Notes: generated by a model not told the origin, from the sequence alone. DNA of 24,994 nucleotides from an uncultured Candidatus Saccharibacteria bacterium (GCA_964526075.1 CAZGIA010000004.1:1-24994); one strand, 5' to 3'. Numbered from the stretch's first letter, positions 8,564 through 16,997 are shown. Made by a program: numbers and translations.

Positions 8564-9034
8564 ATGAGACGCAAACTTAAAGCCAAGCCGAAAATTATCC
8601 CTGACGCAGTCTATGACTCCGAGAAGGTCACTAAGTTTATCAACTACACGATGCAGGAAGGGAAGAAGGTTACTGCTCGTAAGGTGGTTTATGATGCTCT
8701 TAATTTTATCAAAGAGAAAACCAAGAATGAAAATCCTCTTGAAGTTTTTGAAACTGCTCTCAAGAATACTGGCCCTACCATGGAAGTTCGTTCTCGTCGT
8801 GTTGGTGGTGCCAACTATCAAGTCCCTCGTGAGGTACGCCCAGAGAGACGTCAGATGCTTTCGATGACTTGGATTGTTGATGCCGCTCGTAGTAAGAAGG
8901 GTAAACCTATGCATGAGAAATTGGCAGAAGAAATTATCGCAGCTTCAAACAACGAAGGTGATGCCGTGAGAAAACGTGAGAACACTCACAAGATGGCAGA
9001 AGCCAACAAGGCGTTTGCACATTTTGCGTGGTAA
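8564..9034 (+). CDS. rpsG: 30S ribosomal protein S7
   Basis: [30 protein letters not shown]. Confidence 0.98.
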   Translation: MRRKLKAKPKIIPDAVYDSEKVTKFINYTMQEGKKVTARKVVYDALNFIKEKTKNENPLEVFETALKNTGPTMEVRSRRVGGANYQVPREVRPERRQMLSMTWIVDAARSKKGKPMHEKLAEEIIAASNNEGDAVRKRENTHKMAEANKAFAHFAW

Positions 9035-9053
9035 TCCCGCCATGGCGGGATTA
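9032..9053. repeat. Perfect 22-bp palindrome beginning at the rpsG stop codon
   Basis: TAATCCCGCCATGGCGGGATTA is its own reverse complement. Confidence 0.85.
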
Positions 9054-9072
9054 TCCTGAGCGTAGTCGAAGG
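9051..9072 (-). repeat. REP-like dispersed element, copy A
   Basis: TTATCCTGAGCGTAGTCGAAGG is the exact reverse complement of 15986-16007. Confidence 0.85.
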
Positions 9073-9097
9073 GTAGTTTAAAAACACCATGTTTAAG

Positions 9098-9122
9098 AAA
9101 AGAGCCCTTTAGGGGCTCTTTT
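9098..9122 (+). terminator. Intrinsic terminator after rpsG
   Basis: AAAAGAGCCC-TTTAG-GGGCTCTTTT. Confidence 0.8.
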
Positions 9123-9181
9123 CGTTTCCCCAAATTAAACATTTAAATATTGGAAAATTTAAATGGTGTTACCATTAATCT

Positions 9182-9661
9182 ATGGCAACAGTGCAAAGAT
9201 TTGAGGACTTGATGTGTTGGCAGAAGGCGAGAGAACTCACTCGCGAGGTGTATAAAAGTTTTAATACCTGCCGAGACCGAGGGTTTACTGACCAGATCCA
9301 ACGAGCGAGTGTTTCGGTTATGAGTAATATTTCCGAAGGATTTGAGAGTGGGACGCGAGAAATGTTTGTAAATTATCTCTATATTGCCAAGGGTTCTGCT
9401 GGGGAAGTTCGCGCACAACTTTATGCCGCATATGATATTGGCTATTTAAATATTGAAACATTTAAATATTTAAAGAATAAAGCGGAAGAATGTTCCAAAT
9501 TGCTAAACAGTTTTATCAAAGCGGTCAAAAGTTCACCGAATAGTGGTCTGCAGAGGAAAAAGGAGCTGACTAAACAAGAACAGGAGGCCGAAGCCTTCTC
9601 CACCTACGCCCAAAGCGAATTAGCCAAAGTTCACCCCAATATTTACGGTAAGAAATCTTAA
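9182..9661 (+). CDS. Four-helix-bundle protein (TIGR02436 / 23S rRNA-IVS protein family, Avd-like fold)
   Basis: FEDLMCWQKAREL..DQIQRASVSVMSNISEGF..YLYIAKGSAGEVRAQLYAAYDIGYL. Confidence 0.92.
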   Translation: MATVQRFEDLMCWQKARELTREVYKSFNTCRDRGFTDQIQRASVSVMSNISEGFESGTREMFVNYLYIAKGSAGEVRAQLYAAYDIGYLNIETFKYLKNKAEECSKLLNSFIKAVKSSPNSGLQRKKELTKQEQEAEAFSTYAQSELAKVHPNIYGKKS

Positions 9662-9684
9662 ATCTTTAAATTTTCTAATTCCTA

Positions 9685-9712
9685 TTGACTTTTATATAAA
9701 TCAGTGTATTAT
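9685..9712 (+). promoter_or_regulatory. Promoter of cassette 2
   Basis: TTGACT-16-TATTAT. Confidence 0.65.
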
Positions 9713-9795
9713 ATAGGTAACGTCGTTTCGTTCTTTTCAAGTAGGCAAGCGGGTTGCCGACGTTACCGCGGGTCCTGCAAAAAGAGGGTAGAGAA

Positions 9796-10128
9796 ATGAA
9801 GACTGTGATTTTGTCGCAAGAGCTGAGCGAGTTCAAGAAGGAGTTTGAAGATCTTGACTCGTCCAGCAAGATTTATCGAACCACCGCACACTCCCCGAAA
9901 AGCTCGTTCCATGAGACGTTCGTGACGGCCTCGAAGGACCTCCACCTGGAGTTCGGGCGCCTTTCCGAAGAGCTCAGGTGGGAGATCGCGGTACTCATCC
10001 GCAGGGAGCTGGACGAAACCGGCGGGGTGCTCCTCATGCGAGCAAGGAAGGATGCTTCCGTCGCTATCATGGCAACTCTGGCCAATGGGGATGATTCGTA
10101 CATTCATCTTTCGAAGGTCGGTACTTAA
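9796..10128 (+). CDS. 110-aa ORFan, cassette 2
   Basis: ATG 9796 follows purine-rich AGAGGG. Visibly GC-richer than its flanks; no family recognised. Confidence 0.65.
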   Translation: MKTVILSQELSEFKKEFEDLDSSSKIYRTTAHSPKSSFHETFVTASKDLHLEFGRLSEELRWEIAVLIRRELDETGGVLLMRARKDASVAIMATLANGDDSYIHLSKVGT

Positions 10129-10135
10129 GATTTTG

Positions 10136-10168
10136 GGCCCGGCGCGTACGCGCGCCGGGCCTTTCGTT
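10136..10168 (+). terminator. Hairpin terminator of cassette 2
   Basis: GGCCCGGCGCG-TACG-CGCGCCGGGCC followed by TTTCGTTT. Confidence 0.8.
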
Positions 10169-10196
10169 TGCCCAAAAAGACCTTTTCCTATATAGT
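10168..10196 (+). promoter_or_regulatory. Promoter for fusA
   Basis: TTGCCC-17-TATAGT. Confidence 0.65.
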
Positions 10197-10243
10197 TTTC
10201 CCTAACAAACCCCTTAGGGTTTTTATTATCCTTAATATTATTT

Positions 10244-12412
10244 ATGCAAAGAGATTATCCACTCGAGCGAGTTCGGAACTTCGGTATCATTGCTCATATT
10301 GATGCTGGGAAGACTACCACTTCCGAGCGAGTACTTTTCTATACTGGAGCACAACACAAGATTGGTGAGGTGCATGAAGGTGAGACTACTACCGATTGGA
10401 TGGAGCAGGAACGTGAACGTGGCATCACTATTACAGCAGCAGCTATTACTTGTTTCTGGGCTCCGACTTATATGTCGGATGAAGATCGTGCTAAAAAAGA
10501 GAACAAATATCGTTTTAACGTGATTGATACTCCTGGGCACATCGACTTTACTGTGGAGGTGAAGCGCTCTTTGCGTGTGCTTGATGGTGCGGTAGTAGTC
10601 TTTGACGGTGTAGCTGGAGTAGAGCCTCAATCTGAGACCAACTGGCGTTATGCTGAAGAGGCCTTGGTACCTAGAATTTGTTTTATCAATAAACTTGATC
10701 GTACAGGAGCTTCATTTGAACGTTCCTACCAATCCATCTTGAATCGTCTTTCTAAGAAAGCGGTGCGTCTACAACTTCCGATCGGTGAGGAAGAAAAACA
10801 TGAAGGGATTATCGATCTTTTGAAAATGAAGGCTTATTATTTTGAAGGTGAGATGGGAAATAAGGTCGTAGAGTCCGAGGTCCCCGAGGACTTAATCGCT
10901 GATGCCAAGAAGTATCGTGCAGAACTTGTGGAGCGCATTGTTGAGAATGACGATAGTATGATGAGCGATTACCTTGAAGGTAAAGTGTCTAGCGTTGAAG
11001 ATTTGAAAAAGGTTCTCCGTAAGGCGGTGATTGAAAACAAGGTCTTCCCAGTTATGGCTGGCTCAGCGCTTAAGAATAAGGGTGTTCAGCTTGTACTTGA
11101 TGCTGTGGTTGACTATCTTCCGTCTCCACTCGACATTCCTCCTATTAAAGGGACTCATCCTGAGACTGGGGAAGAAGTGATTCGTCATGCTTCAGACGAG
11201 GAACCTTTCTCCGCGTTGGCTTTCAAACTTCAGGCAGATCCGTTTGTTGGTCAACTCACTTTCTTCCGTGTGTATTCTGGCAAGATTGAGGCTGGTACCT
11301 ATATTTATAATTCTACTACTGCTACTAAGGAACGTCTTGGGCGTATCGTACGTCTCCAGGCAGATAAACGTGAGGAAGTGAAGGCGGTGTATGCGGGTGA
11401 GATAGCGGCGGCTGTTGGTTTGAAAGAAGCTAAAACCTCGCACACTTTCTGTGATGAAAATAATCCCATTGCTCTTGATCAGATTAAGTTCCCAGAACCA
11501 GTGATCTTTCTTCGTATTGAACCTAAGACCAAGGTTGATCAGGAGAAAATGGGTATGGCATTGAAGCGCCTTTCTGACGAAGATCCAACTTTCCGTATCA
11601 AGTCTGACGTAGAAACTGCTGAGACTGTGATCATGGGTATGGGGGAGCTTCATCTTGAGATTATTGTGGATCGTATGAAGCGTGAATTCGGAGTCGAGGC
11701 CAATGTCGGCAAACCTCAGGTGGCTTACAAAGAAACTATTCTTGGTGAAGCTGAAGTGGAAAACAAATATATCAAGCAAACTGGAGGTAAGGGTCAGTAC
11801 GGTCATGTCAAGATCAAGATCAAACCACTTCCGGCTTATGATCCAGAAGAGAAGATTCCTAAGAATGCTCACCGTGAGCCAGGTTTCGAATTCATTGATG
11901 CTATTAAGGGAGGTGTGGTTCCTCAGGAATTTATTCCAGCTGTTGAAAAGGGAATTAGAGAAGCCATGGATCGTGGTATTTTGGCAGGCTTTAAGATGGT
12001 AGATATTTCTGCTGAACTTAACTATGGTTCTTATCATGATGTGGACTCTTCCGAAATTGCTTACAAGATTGCTGCTTCTCAAGCCTTCCAAGAAGCGGCT
12101 CGCCGAGCGAAGCCCGTCCTCCTCGAGCCTATTATGAAAGTAGAAGTAGTCGTGCCGGAGAAATTCATGGGAGACATTACAGGGAATCTTTCCGGCAAGC
12201 GCGGCCAGATCGAAGCTATGGAAGATCGCGGTGACCTCAAGGTGGTGCGTGCCAAGGTGCCTCTCTCTGAGATGTTTGGTTATGTGACCTCACTCCGCTC
12301 TATGACTGAAGGTCGTGGTTCCTCTACTATGGAATTTGATCACTACGCGGTGGTGCCTACAAATGTGGCTACTGCTATCATCGAAGCTCGTACTGGTACG
12401 AAAGCTACTTAG
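10244..12412 (+). CDS. fusA: Elongation factor G
   Basis: RNFGIIAHIDAGKTTT, DWMEQERERGITI, DTPGH, NKLD, GMGELHLEI. Confidence 0.99.
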   Translation: MQRDYPLERVRNFGIIAHIDAGKTTTSERVLFYTGAQHKIGEVHEGETTTDWMEQERERGITITAAAITCFWAPTYMSDEDRAKKENKYRFNVIDTPGHIDFTVEVKRSLRVLDGAVVVFDGVAGVEPQSETNWRYAEEALVPRICFINKLDRTGASFERSYQSILNRLSKKAVRLQLPIGEEEKHEGIIDLLKMKAYYFEGEMGNKVVESEVPEDLIADAKKYRAELVERIVENDDSMMSDYLEGKVSSVEDLKKVLRKAVIENKVFPVMAGSALKNKGVQLVLDAVVDYLPSPLDIPPIKGTHPETGEEVIRHASDEEPFSALAFKLQADPFVGQLTFFRVYSGKIEAGTYIYNSTTATKERLGRIVRLQADKREEVKAVYAGEIAAAVGLKEAKTSHTFCDENNPIALDQIKFPEPVIFLRIEPKTKVDQEKMGMALKRLSDEDPTFRIKSDVETAETVIMGMGELHLEIIVDRMKREFGVEANVGKPQVAYKETILGEAEVENKYIKQTGGKGQYGHVKIKIKPLPAYDPEEKIPKNAHREPGFEFIDAIKGGVVPQEFIPAVEKGIREAMDRGILAGFKMVDISAELNYGSYHDVDSSEIAYKIAASQAFQEAARRAKPVLLEPIMKVEVVVPEKFMGDITGNLSGKRGQIEAMEDRGDLKVVRAKVPLSEMFGYVTSLRSMTEGRGSSTMEFDHYAVVPTNVATAIIEARTGTKAT

Positions 12413-12414
12413 TC

Positions 12415-12443
12415 TTGACTTTATTCCAAATTTTTAGTATTAA
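12415..12443 (+). promoter_or_regulatory. Probable promoter of cassette 3
   Basis: TTGACT-17-TATTAA (weak -10), starting 3 nt after the fusA stop; GGAGGT at 12473-12478. Confidence 0.5.
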
Positions 12444-12482
12444 ATAAGAAACTCAATTCAGAGCTGTTCTTGGGAGGTGCAC

Positions 12483-12620
12483 ATGGCAAACAACAACCCG
12501 CAAGATGAAGATCCTCGGCCACCGGCTCAGGACATCCCAGCTGATGACGGTCCAGACGACACGCCGTCCAGGGAGCAGGAGAACGACACTCCTGATCCGC
12601 CGGATCCGGACGACGAGTAG
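12483..12620 (+). CDS. 45-aa acidic Pro-rich ORFan (MANNNPQDEDPRPPAQDIPADDGPDDTPSREQENDTPDPPDPDDE), cassette 3
   Basis: Not in the ORF track. GGAGGT SD 4 nt before ATG; 84/138 GC by hand count; followed by a hairpin. Confidence 0.65.
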   Translation: MANNNPQDEDPRPPAQDIPADDGPDDTPSREQENDTPDPPDPDDE

Positions 12621-12637
12621 TTCCGGCGATGGGGGGC

Positions 12638-12665
12638 AAGGGGCAGGCTTTCGAGCCTGCCCTTT
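12638..12665 (+). terminator. Hairpin terminator of cassette 3
   Basis: GGGCAGGCT-TTCG-AGCCTGCCC followed by TTT; extends to 12 bp with one G.U pair. Confidence 0.75.
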
Positions 12666-12750
12666 ACAATTTATAGCCTTTTCTGTAATATGACGCCTAC
12701 GTGTAAACCGTGTCTTGCTCTTTGAGATTCTCTCAATAGTATCTATGGCT

Positions 12751-12825
12751 ATGGTTTATGCTTGTTTCGACGAAGTCCGCTTACTGTGGACGGAGGCGGA
12801 TGTGTTCTGAACCTTAAAAAACCAT
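12751..12825 (+). ncRNA. Candidate structured 5' leader of the tuf-rpsJ operon
   Basis: Closing helix ATGGTTT 12751-57 / AAACCAT 12819-25; internal GTCCGC-TTACT-GTGGAC hairpin; upstream TTGCTC-16-TAGTAT promoter at 12715-12742. Confidence 0.45.
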
Positions 12826-12924
12826 TCGACTTGACTTATGGCAGGCAAGTTTCTCGCGCGCTTTTTTAGTTTCAGGAACAACTTCGCAACTTATTAAACT
12901 TATCTAACTTATTAAACTAAATTT

Positions 12925-14115
12925 ATGGCAGAATTTGATCGAAGTAAGCCCCATGTAAACGTGGGCACCATTGGTCACGTTGACCATGGCAAAACCACCT
13001 TGACCGCCGCTATCTTGAATGTGCTTAACCGCGCAGGCAAGAAGGCTACCGTCAAGAACGTAGACCAGATTGACAATTCACCGGAGGAAAAGGCTCGTGG
13101 TATTACCATCGCGCTCTCACACTCTGAGTATGAGACTGATGCTCGTCACTATGCTCACGTCGATGCTCCTGGTCACGCAGATTACATTAAGAACATGATT
13201 ACCGGTGCTGCTCAGATGGACGGTGCTATCCTCGTGGTAGCCGCTACTGATGGTGTGATGCCTCAAACTCGTGAACACATTCTTCTCGCCAAACAGGTAG
13301 GAGTGCCAAAGATTATTGTCTTCCTCAACAAATGCGATATGGTGGGAGATAAGGAGTTGATTGGTTTGGTCGAAGAGGAAGTCAGAGATCTTCTCAAGAA
13401 GTATGATTACGATGGTGAAAATGCTCCAGTTATCCAAGGTTCAGCTCTGAAGGCTCTTGAAGCTTCTGGAGTTGATGACGAGTGGTCTAAGCAAATCATT
13501 GCTCTCACTGATGCTCTTGACACTTATATCCCTCAGCCTGTACGTGAACTTGATAAACCCTTCCTTATGCCAGTTGAAGATGTTTTCTCTATTGAAGGTC
13601 GAGGTACAGTAGTGACTGGCCGTATCGAGAGAGGCATTATTAAGGTTGGTGAGGAAGTAGAAATTATCGGTATTAAGGATACAGTGAAAACTACTGTGAC
13701 TGGTATCGAAATGTTCAACAAATCTCTACAACAGGGTGAAGCTGGAGACAATGCAGGTATTCTTCTCCGTGGTGTGAAGAAAGAAGATCTTCATCGTGGT
13801 CAAGTACTTGCAAAGACGGGTTCGATCAAGCCACATACTGACTTCGTTGCCGAAGTCTATGTTCTTAAGAAGGAAGAAGGTGGTCGCCACACTCCTTTTT
13901 TCACTGGCTACAAACCTCAGTTTTATATCGGTACTACCGATGTAACTGGTGAGGTGACTCTTGCAGAAGGAGTAGAGATGATTATGCCTGGTGATACAGC
14001 TACCTTCAATGTTAAGCTCGTGGTTCCTGTTGCCCTTGAGGATCAGCGTCGTTTCGCTATCCGTGAAGGTGGAAAAACTGTCGGTGCCGGAGTCGTCACT
14101 AAGATTGTTGCCTAA
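12925..14115 (+). CDS. tuf: Elongation factor Tu
   Basis: [45 protein letters not shown]. Confidence 0.99.
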   Translation: MAEFDRSKPHVNVGTIGHVDHGKTTLTAAILNVLNRAGKKATVKNVDQIDNSPEEKARGITIALSHSEYETDARHYAHVDAPGHADYIKNMITGAAQMDGAILVVAATDGVMPQTREHILLAKQVGVPKIIVFLNKCDMVGDKELIGLVEEEVRDLLKKYDYDGENAPVIQGSALKALEASGVDDEWSKQIIALTDALDTYIPQPVRELDKPFLMPVEDVFSIEGRGTVVTGRIERGIIKVGEEVEIIGIKDTVKTTVTGIEMFNKSLQQGEAGDNAGILLRGVKKEDLHRGQVLAKTGSIKPHTDFVAEVYVLKKEEGGRHTPFFTGYKPQFYIGTTDVTGEVTLAEGVEMIMPGDTATFNVKLVVPVALEDQRRFAIREGGKTVGAGVVTKIVA

Positions 14116-14474
14116 TGTCTAAGCCTACTGCTCCAAAGAAGAAAGCTCCTAAGAAAGCTGTTGAAGCAGTGAGCCGACTTCGTATCCGCGTGCGAGCATA
14201 CGAATCCAAGATTCTAGACCTTTCGGTCAAACAGATCATGGATACAGCGCTTCGCTATGACGCAATGGTAGAGGGTCCCATCCCTCTACCAACTGAGAAG
14301 AAAATCTATACCGTGAATCGTGCACCATTCGTATACAAGAATGCGCGAGAACAGTTCGAGATGCGAATTCATAAACGACTCATAGATATAGTCAATCCTT
14401 CTCCCAAGGTGATTGAATCACTAACTAATCTTTCCCTACCTTCTGGCGTTAACATTGACGTCAAGATGATTTAG
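14115..14474 (+). CDS. rpsJ: 30S ribosomal protein S10
   Basis: RLRIRVRAYESKILD..GPIPLPT..REQFEMRIHKRLIDI, with a Lys/Ala-rich N-terminal extension. Confidence 0.97.
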   Translation: MSKPTAPKKKAPKKAVEAVSRLRIRVRAYESKILDLSVKQIMDTALRYDAMVEGPIPLPTEKKIYTVNRAPFVYKNAREQFEMRIHKRLIDIVNPSPKVIESLTNLSLPSGVNIDVKMI

Positions 14475-14500
14475 TTTGATTCATCACTACAAGTAGTAAC

Positions 14501-14959
14501 ATGGACAAAATTCGAGCTAAAAAAGAAAATATGACCCAGATCTTTGCTGAAAACGGCGAAGTCTTCGCTGTCACTCTACTGAAGCTCGTTGATGCCAAAG
14601 GTCAGACCTTAAGTACTGATTCCCAAGGTCTGACCTTGAAAGAGGGAGATGTCGTCACAGTTTCTGGTATCACCAAGGGTAAGGGCTTCCAAGGCGTAAT
14701 TAAGCGACATGGGTTTAAGGGAGGTCGACGTTCTCATGGTCAGAAACATTCTGAACGTGAAGCTGGTTCGATCGGTGGAGGTGGTCGCGCTGGAGGTCGT
14801 GTTGCTAAGGGCATGCGCATGGCTGGTCGCATGGGTGGAAGTAAGACCAGTGTGAAGAATCTTAGAGTGGTGAAGGTGCTCCCAGAAACTGGTGAGGTCT
14901 TCATCTCTGGAGCAGTGCCAGGAAGAAGGGGAACTAAGCTTGAAATCAAGAACCAGTAG
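14501..14959 (+). CDS. rplC: 50S ribosomal protein L3 (short, 152 aa)
   Basis: MTQIF..VTVSGITKGKGFQGVIKRHGF..RMAGRMG..GAVPG. Confidence 0.95.
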   Translation: MDKIRAKKENMTQIFAENGEVFAVTLLKLVDAKGQTLSTDSQGLTLKEGDVVTVSGITKGKGFQGVIKRHGFKGGRRSHGQKHSEREAGSIGGGGRAGGRVAKGMRMAGRMGGSKTSVKNLRVVKVLPETGEVFISGAVPGRRGTKLEIKNQ

Positions 14960-14987
14960 TTCTATGGCGATCACTACAAGTAAAAAC

Positions 14988-15686
14988 ATGGAAGCAAACA
15001 TCTATAGCTTAGAAGGAAAGAAAGCAGGTAACATTACTTTGCCAAAGAATATTTTTGGTCTGGAATGGAATGCTGATTTGGTCAAACAGGTGGCGGATTC
15101 TCTCATATCTTCGATTAGAAAGAATATTGCACATAGTAAGAATCGTGCGGAAGTGGCTGGTGGCGGCAAGAAACCATGGCAACAGAAGGGGACTGGTCGT
15201 GCGCGTCACGGTTCCATTCGTTCACCTATCTGGCGTCATGGTGGAGTCACTCATGGTCCACGTTCGGACAAGAATTTCCTTCGTGTTGTTTCGAAGAAGA
15301 TGAGGATAAAGGCGCTTTATACTATTCTCTCTAGAAAGTTTAAAGAAGGTGAAGTTCTTTTCCTCGATGCTATGACGCTTCCAGAAAATAAGACCAAGTC
15401 TGCGGTGCTTGCGCTCAATACTCTTTCCAAGGTTAAAGGTTTCAACTACGTCTTCTCTAAAAAGAAGAATGCTACCGTCATTGCTCTAGCGAAGAAAAAT
15501 AAGGTTCTTGAAAATGCTTTCTCCAACCTTGGCAATGTAGAAGTGATTGAGGCACGTAACCTAAGTCCACTTATCTTACTTAAATATAAGTATTTGATCT
15601 TCGAGAATCCTGATGTATCCTTGAAGTCTCTTCCTAAGCTTGCTACTCCCAAAGCTAGAAGCAAGAAGCTAGCAGCTAATACCTAG
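14988..15686 (+). CDS. rplD: 50S ribosomal protein L4
   Basis: KNRAEVAGGGKKPWQQKGTGRARHGSIRSPIWRHGGVTHGP. Start is 14988 (alternative 14964). Confidence 0.96.
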   Translation: MEANIYSLEGKKAGNITLPKNIFGLEWNADLVKQVADSLISSIRKNIAHSKNRAEVAGGGKKPWQQKGTGRARHGSIRSPIWRHGGVTHGPRSDKNFLRVVSKKMRIKALYTILSRKFKEGEVLFLDAMTLPENKTKSAVLALNTLSKVKGFNYVFSKKKNATVIALAKKNKVLENAFSNLGNVEVIEARNLSPLILLKYKYLIFENPDVSLKSLPKLATPKARSKKLAANT

Positions 15687-15690
15687 TCCA

Positions 15691-15984
15691 ATGACCAACA
15701 CCAACATCAAAGCAGAAAATGTGCTCCTTCGTGCCCATGTTACTGAGAAGGCAGCTCTTTCTGCAGATCGCTCTGGTGTCTACGTCTTTGACGTGAGTGA
15801 GAACTCCAACAAGACTTCGATTGCAGCTTCAGTGAAGGCGGTGTACAAAGTTACTCCAGTCAAGGTTCGTGTGACCAAGATTATGCCGAAAGCTGTTTTC
15901 GTTCGTGGAAAAAGGGGAGTAAAGAAGGGGGGTAAGAAGGCATACGTTTACCTTAAGAAAGGGGACAAGATTGAGTTAATTTAA
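15691..15984 (+). CDS. rplW: 50S ribosomal protein L23
   Basis: HVTEKA..YVFDVSENSNKTSI..KKAYVYLKKG. Confidence 0.95.
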   Translation: MTNTNIKAENVLLRAHVTEKAALSADRSGVYVFDVSENSNKTSIAASVKAVYKVTPVKVRVTKIMPKAVFVRGKRGVKKGGKKAYVYLKKGDKIELI

Positions 15985-15985
15985 T

Positions 15986-16007
15986 CCTTCGACTACGCTC
16001 AGGATAA
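15986..16007 (+). repeat. REP-like dispersed element, copy B
   Basis: CCTTCGACTACGCTCAGGATAA, 1 nt after the rplW stop. Confidence 0.85.
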
Positions 16008-16022
16008 ATTTTCAAGAAATTT

Positions 16023-16862
16023 ATGAAAAAATATAAACCCACCAGTAAGTCTCGTCGCAGCATGACCGGAATCAATTTCCGAAAACTTTTGAGTGGGAAT
16101 AAACCTGAGAAATCTCTTACGAAAGGTTTCCGCCGTGGTTCTGGTAGAAATCAATCAGGCAAGGTTACAACTCGTCATAAGGGAGGAGGGCATAAGAGAA
16201 CTTTTCGAAATGTAGATTTTTTCTATAACAAATATGATATTCCTTTTACAATTAAAACCGTTGAATACGATCCCAATCGTTCAGGCTTTATAGGTATTGC
16301 ACAATATGCTGATGGTGAGAAACGCTACGTTCTCCTCCATAACACAGCCCAAATTGGTGACACTTATATAGTTTCTGAGAAGGCGAATTCCACTCCGGGG
16401 AATCGTATGCCACTTGGCAATATGCTTGTTGGTACCTTCATCTACAATATTGAGTTGAAACATAAGGGTGGTGCCAAAATTGCTCGTTCCTCCGGCGATT
16501 ATGCTGAACTTCTAGCCAAGGATGGTGGTTATGTAGATATCAAACTTCCTTCATCTGAAGTGAGAAAGGTTCCAGCCAATGCTTGGGCATCTATTGGTGA
16601 AGTTTCTAACAACGAAAACAGATTGGTCAATCTCGGCAAAGCAGGTCGTTCACGTTGGCTTGGTATTCGTCCTACTGTTCGTGGTACTGCTCAGAATCCG
16701 GTAGATCATCCACATGGAGGAGGTGAAGGTAGGCAGGGTAGAGGTCGTCGTCGTGCGATCTCAGTTTATGGTAAACCGACCGGTAAGGGTCAGAAGTCTC
16801 GCCGAGCCAAGAAATATTCAAATAAGTTTATAGTCCGAAGGAGAAAAGTGGGCAAAAAATAA
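16023..16862 (+). CDS. rplB: 50S ribosomal protein L2
   Basis: EYDPNRS, PTVRGTAQNPVDHPHGGGEGR. Confidence 0.98.
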   Translation: MKKYKPTSKSRRSMTGINFRKLLSGNKPEKSLTKGFRRGSGRNQSGKVTTRHKGGGHKRTFRNVDFFYNKYDIPFTIKTVEYDPNRSGFIGIAQYADGEKRYVLLHNTAQIGDTYIVSEKANSTPGNRMPLGNMLVGTFIYNIELKHKGGAKIARSSGDYAELLAKDGGYVDIKLPSSEVRKVPANAWASIGEVSNNENRLVNLGKAGRSRWLGIRPTVRGTAQNPVDHPHGGGEGRQGRGRRRAISVYGKPTGKGQKSRRAKKYSNKFIVRRRKVGKK

Positions 16863-16997
16863 AAAGAATTCAATTTTTTTACCTCGCGATAATTCTCTGC
16901 TGAGAATTTCGCTTTTGAGGCCATGAGAAGTCATATTATGACTCCTCATCTTGTGAAAGGCGCGAAAATCAACCTTCTTTTTACTTGTGTAGAGCTA

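Noticed and set aside
9182-9661. Diversity-generating retroelement
   Set aside because: An Avd-like fold alone is insufficient; no reverse transcriptase or TR/VR pair is visible.
9763-10107. Antisense ORFs (114 aa and 76 aa) over cassette 2, and the 122-aa antisense ORF over cassette 4
   Set aside because: These are expected shadows of GC-rich coding DNA; the promoter, SD and terminator all support the + strand.
11192-12091. 299-aa antisense ORF within fusA and similar shadow ORFs in tuf and r-protein genes
   Set aside because: They lie antisense to highly conserved genes, with no recognisable motifs or expression signals.
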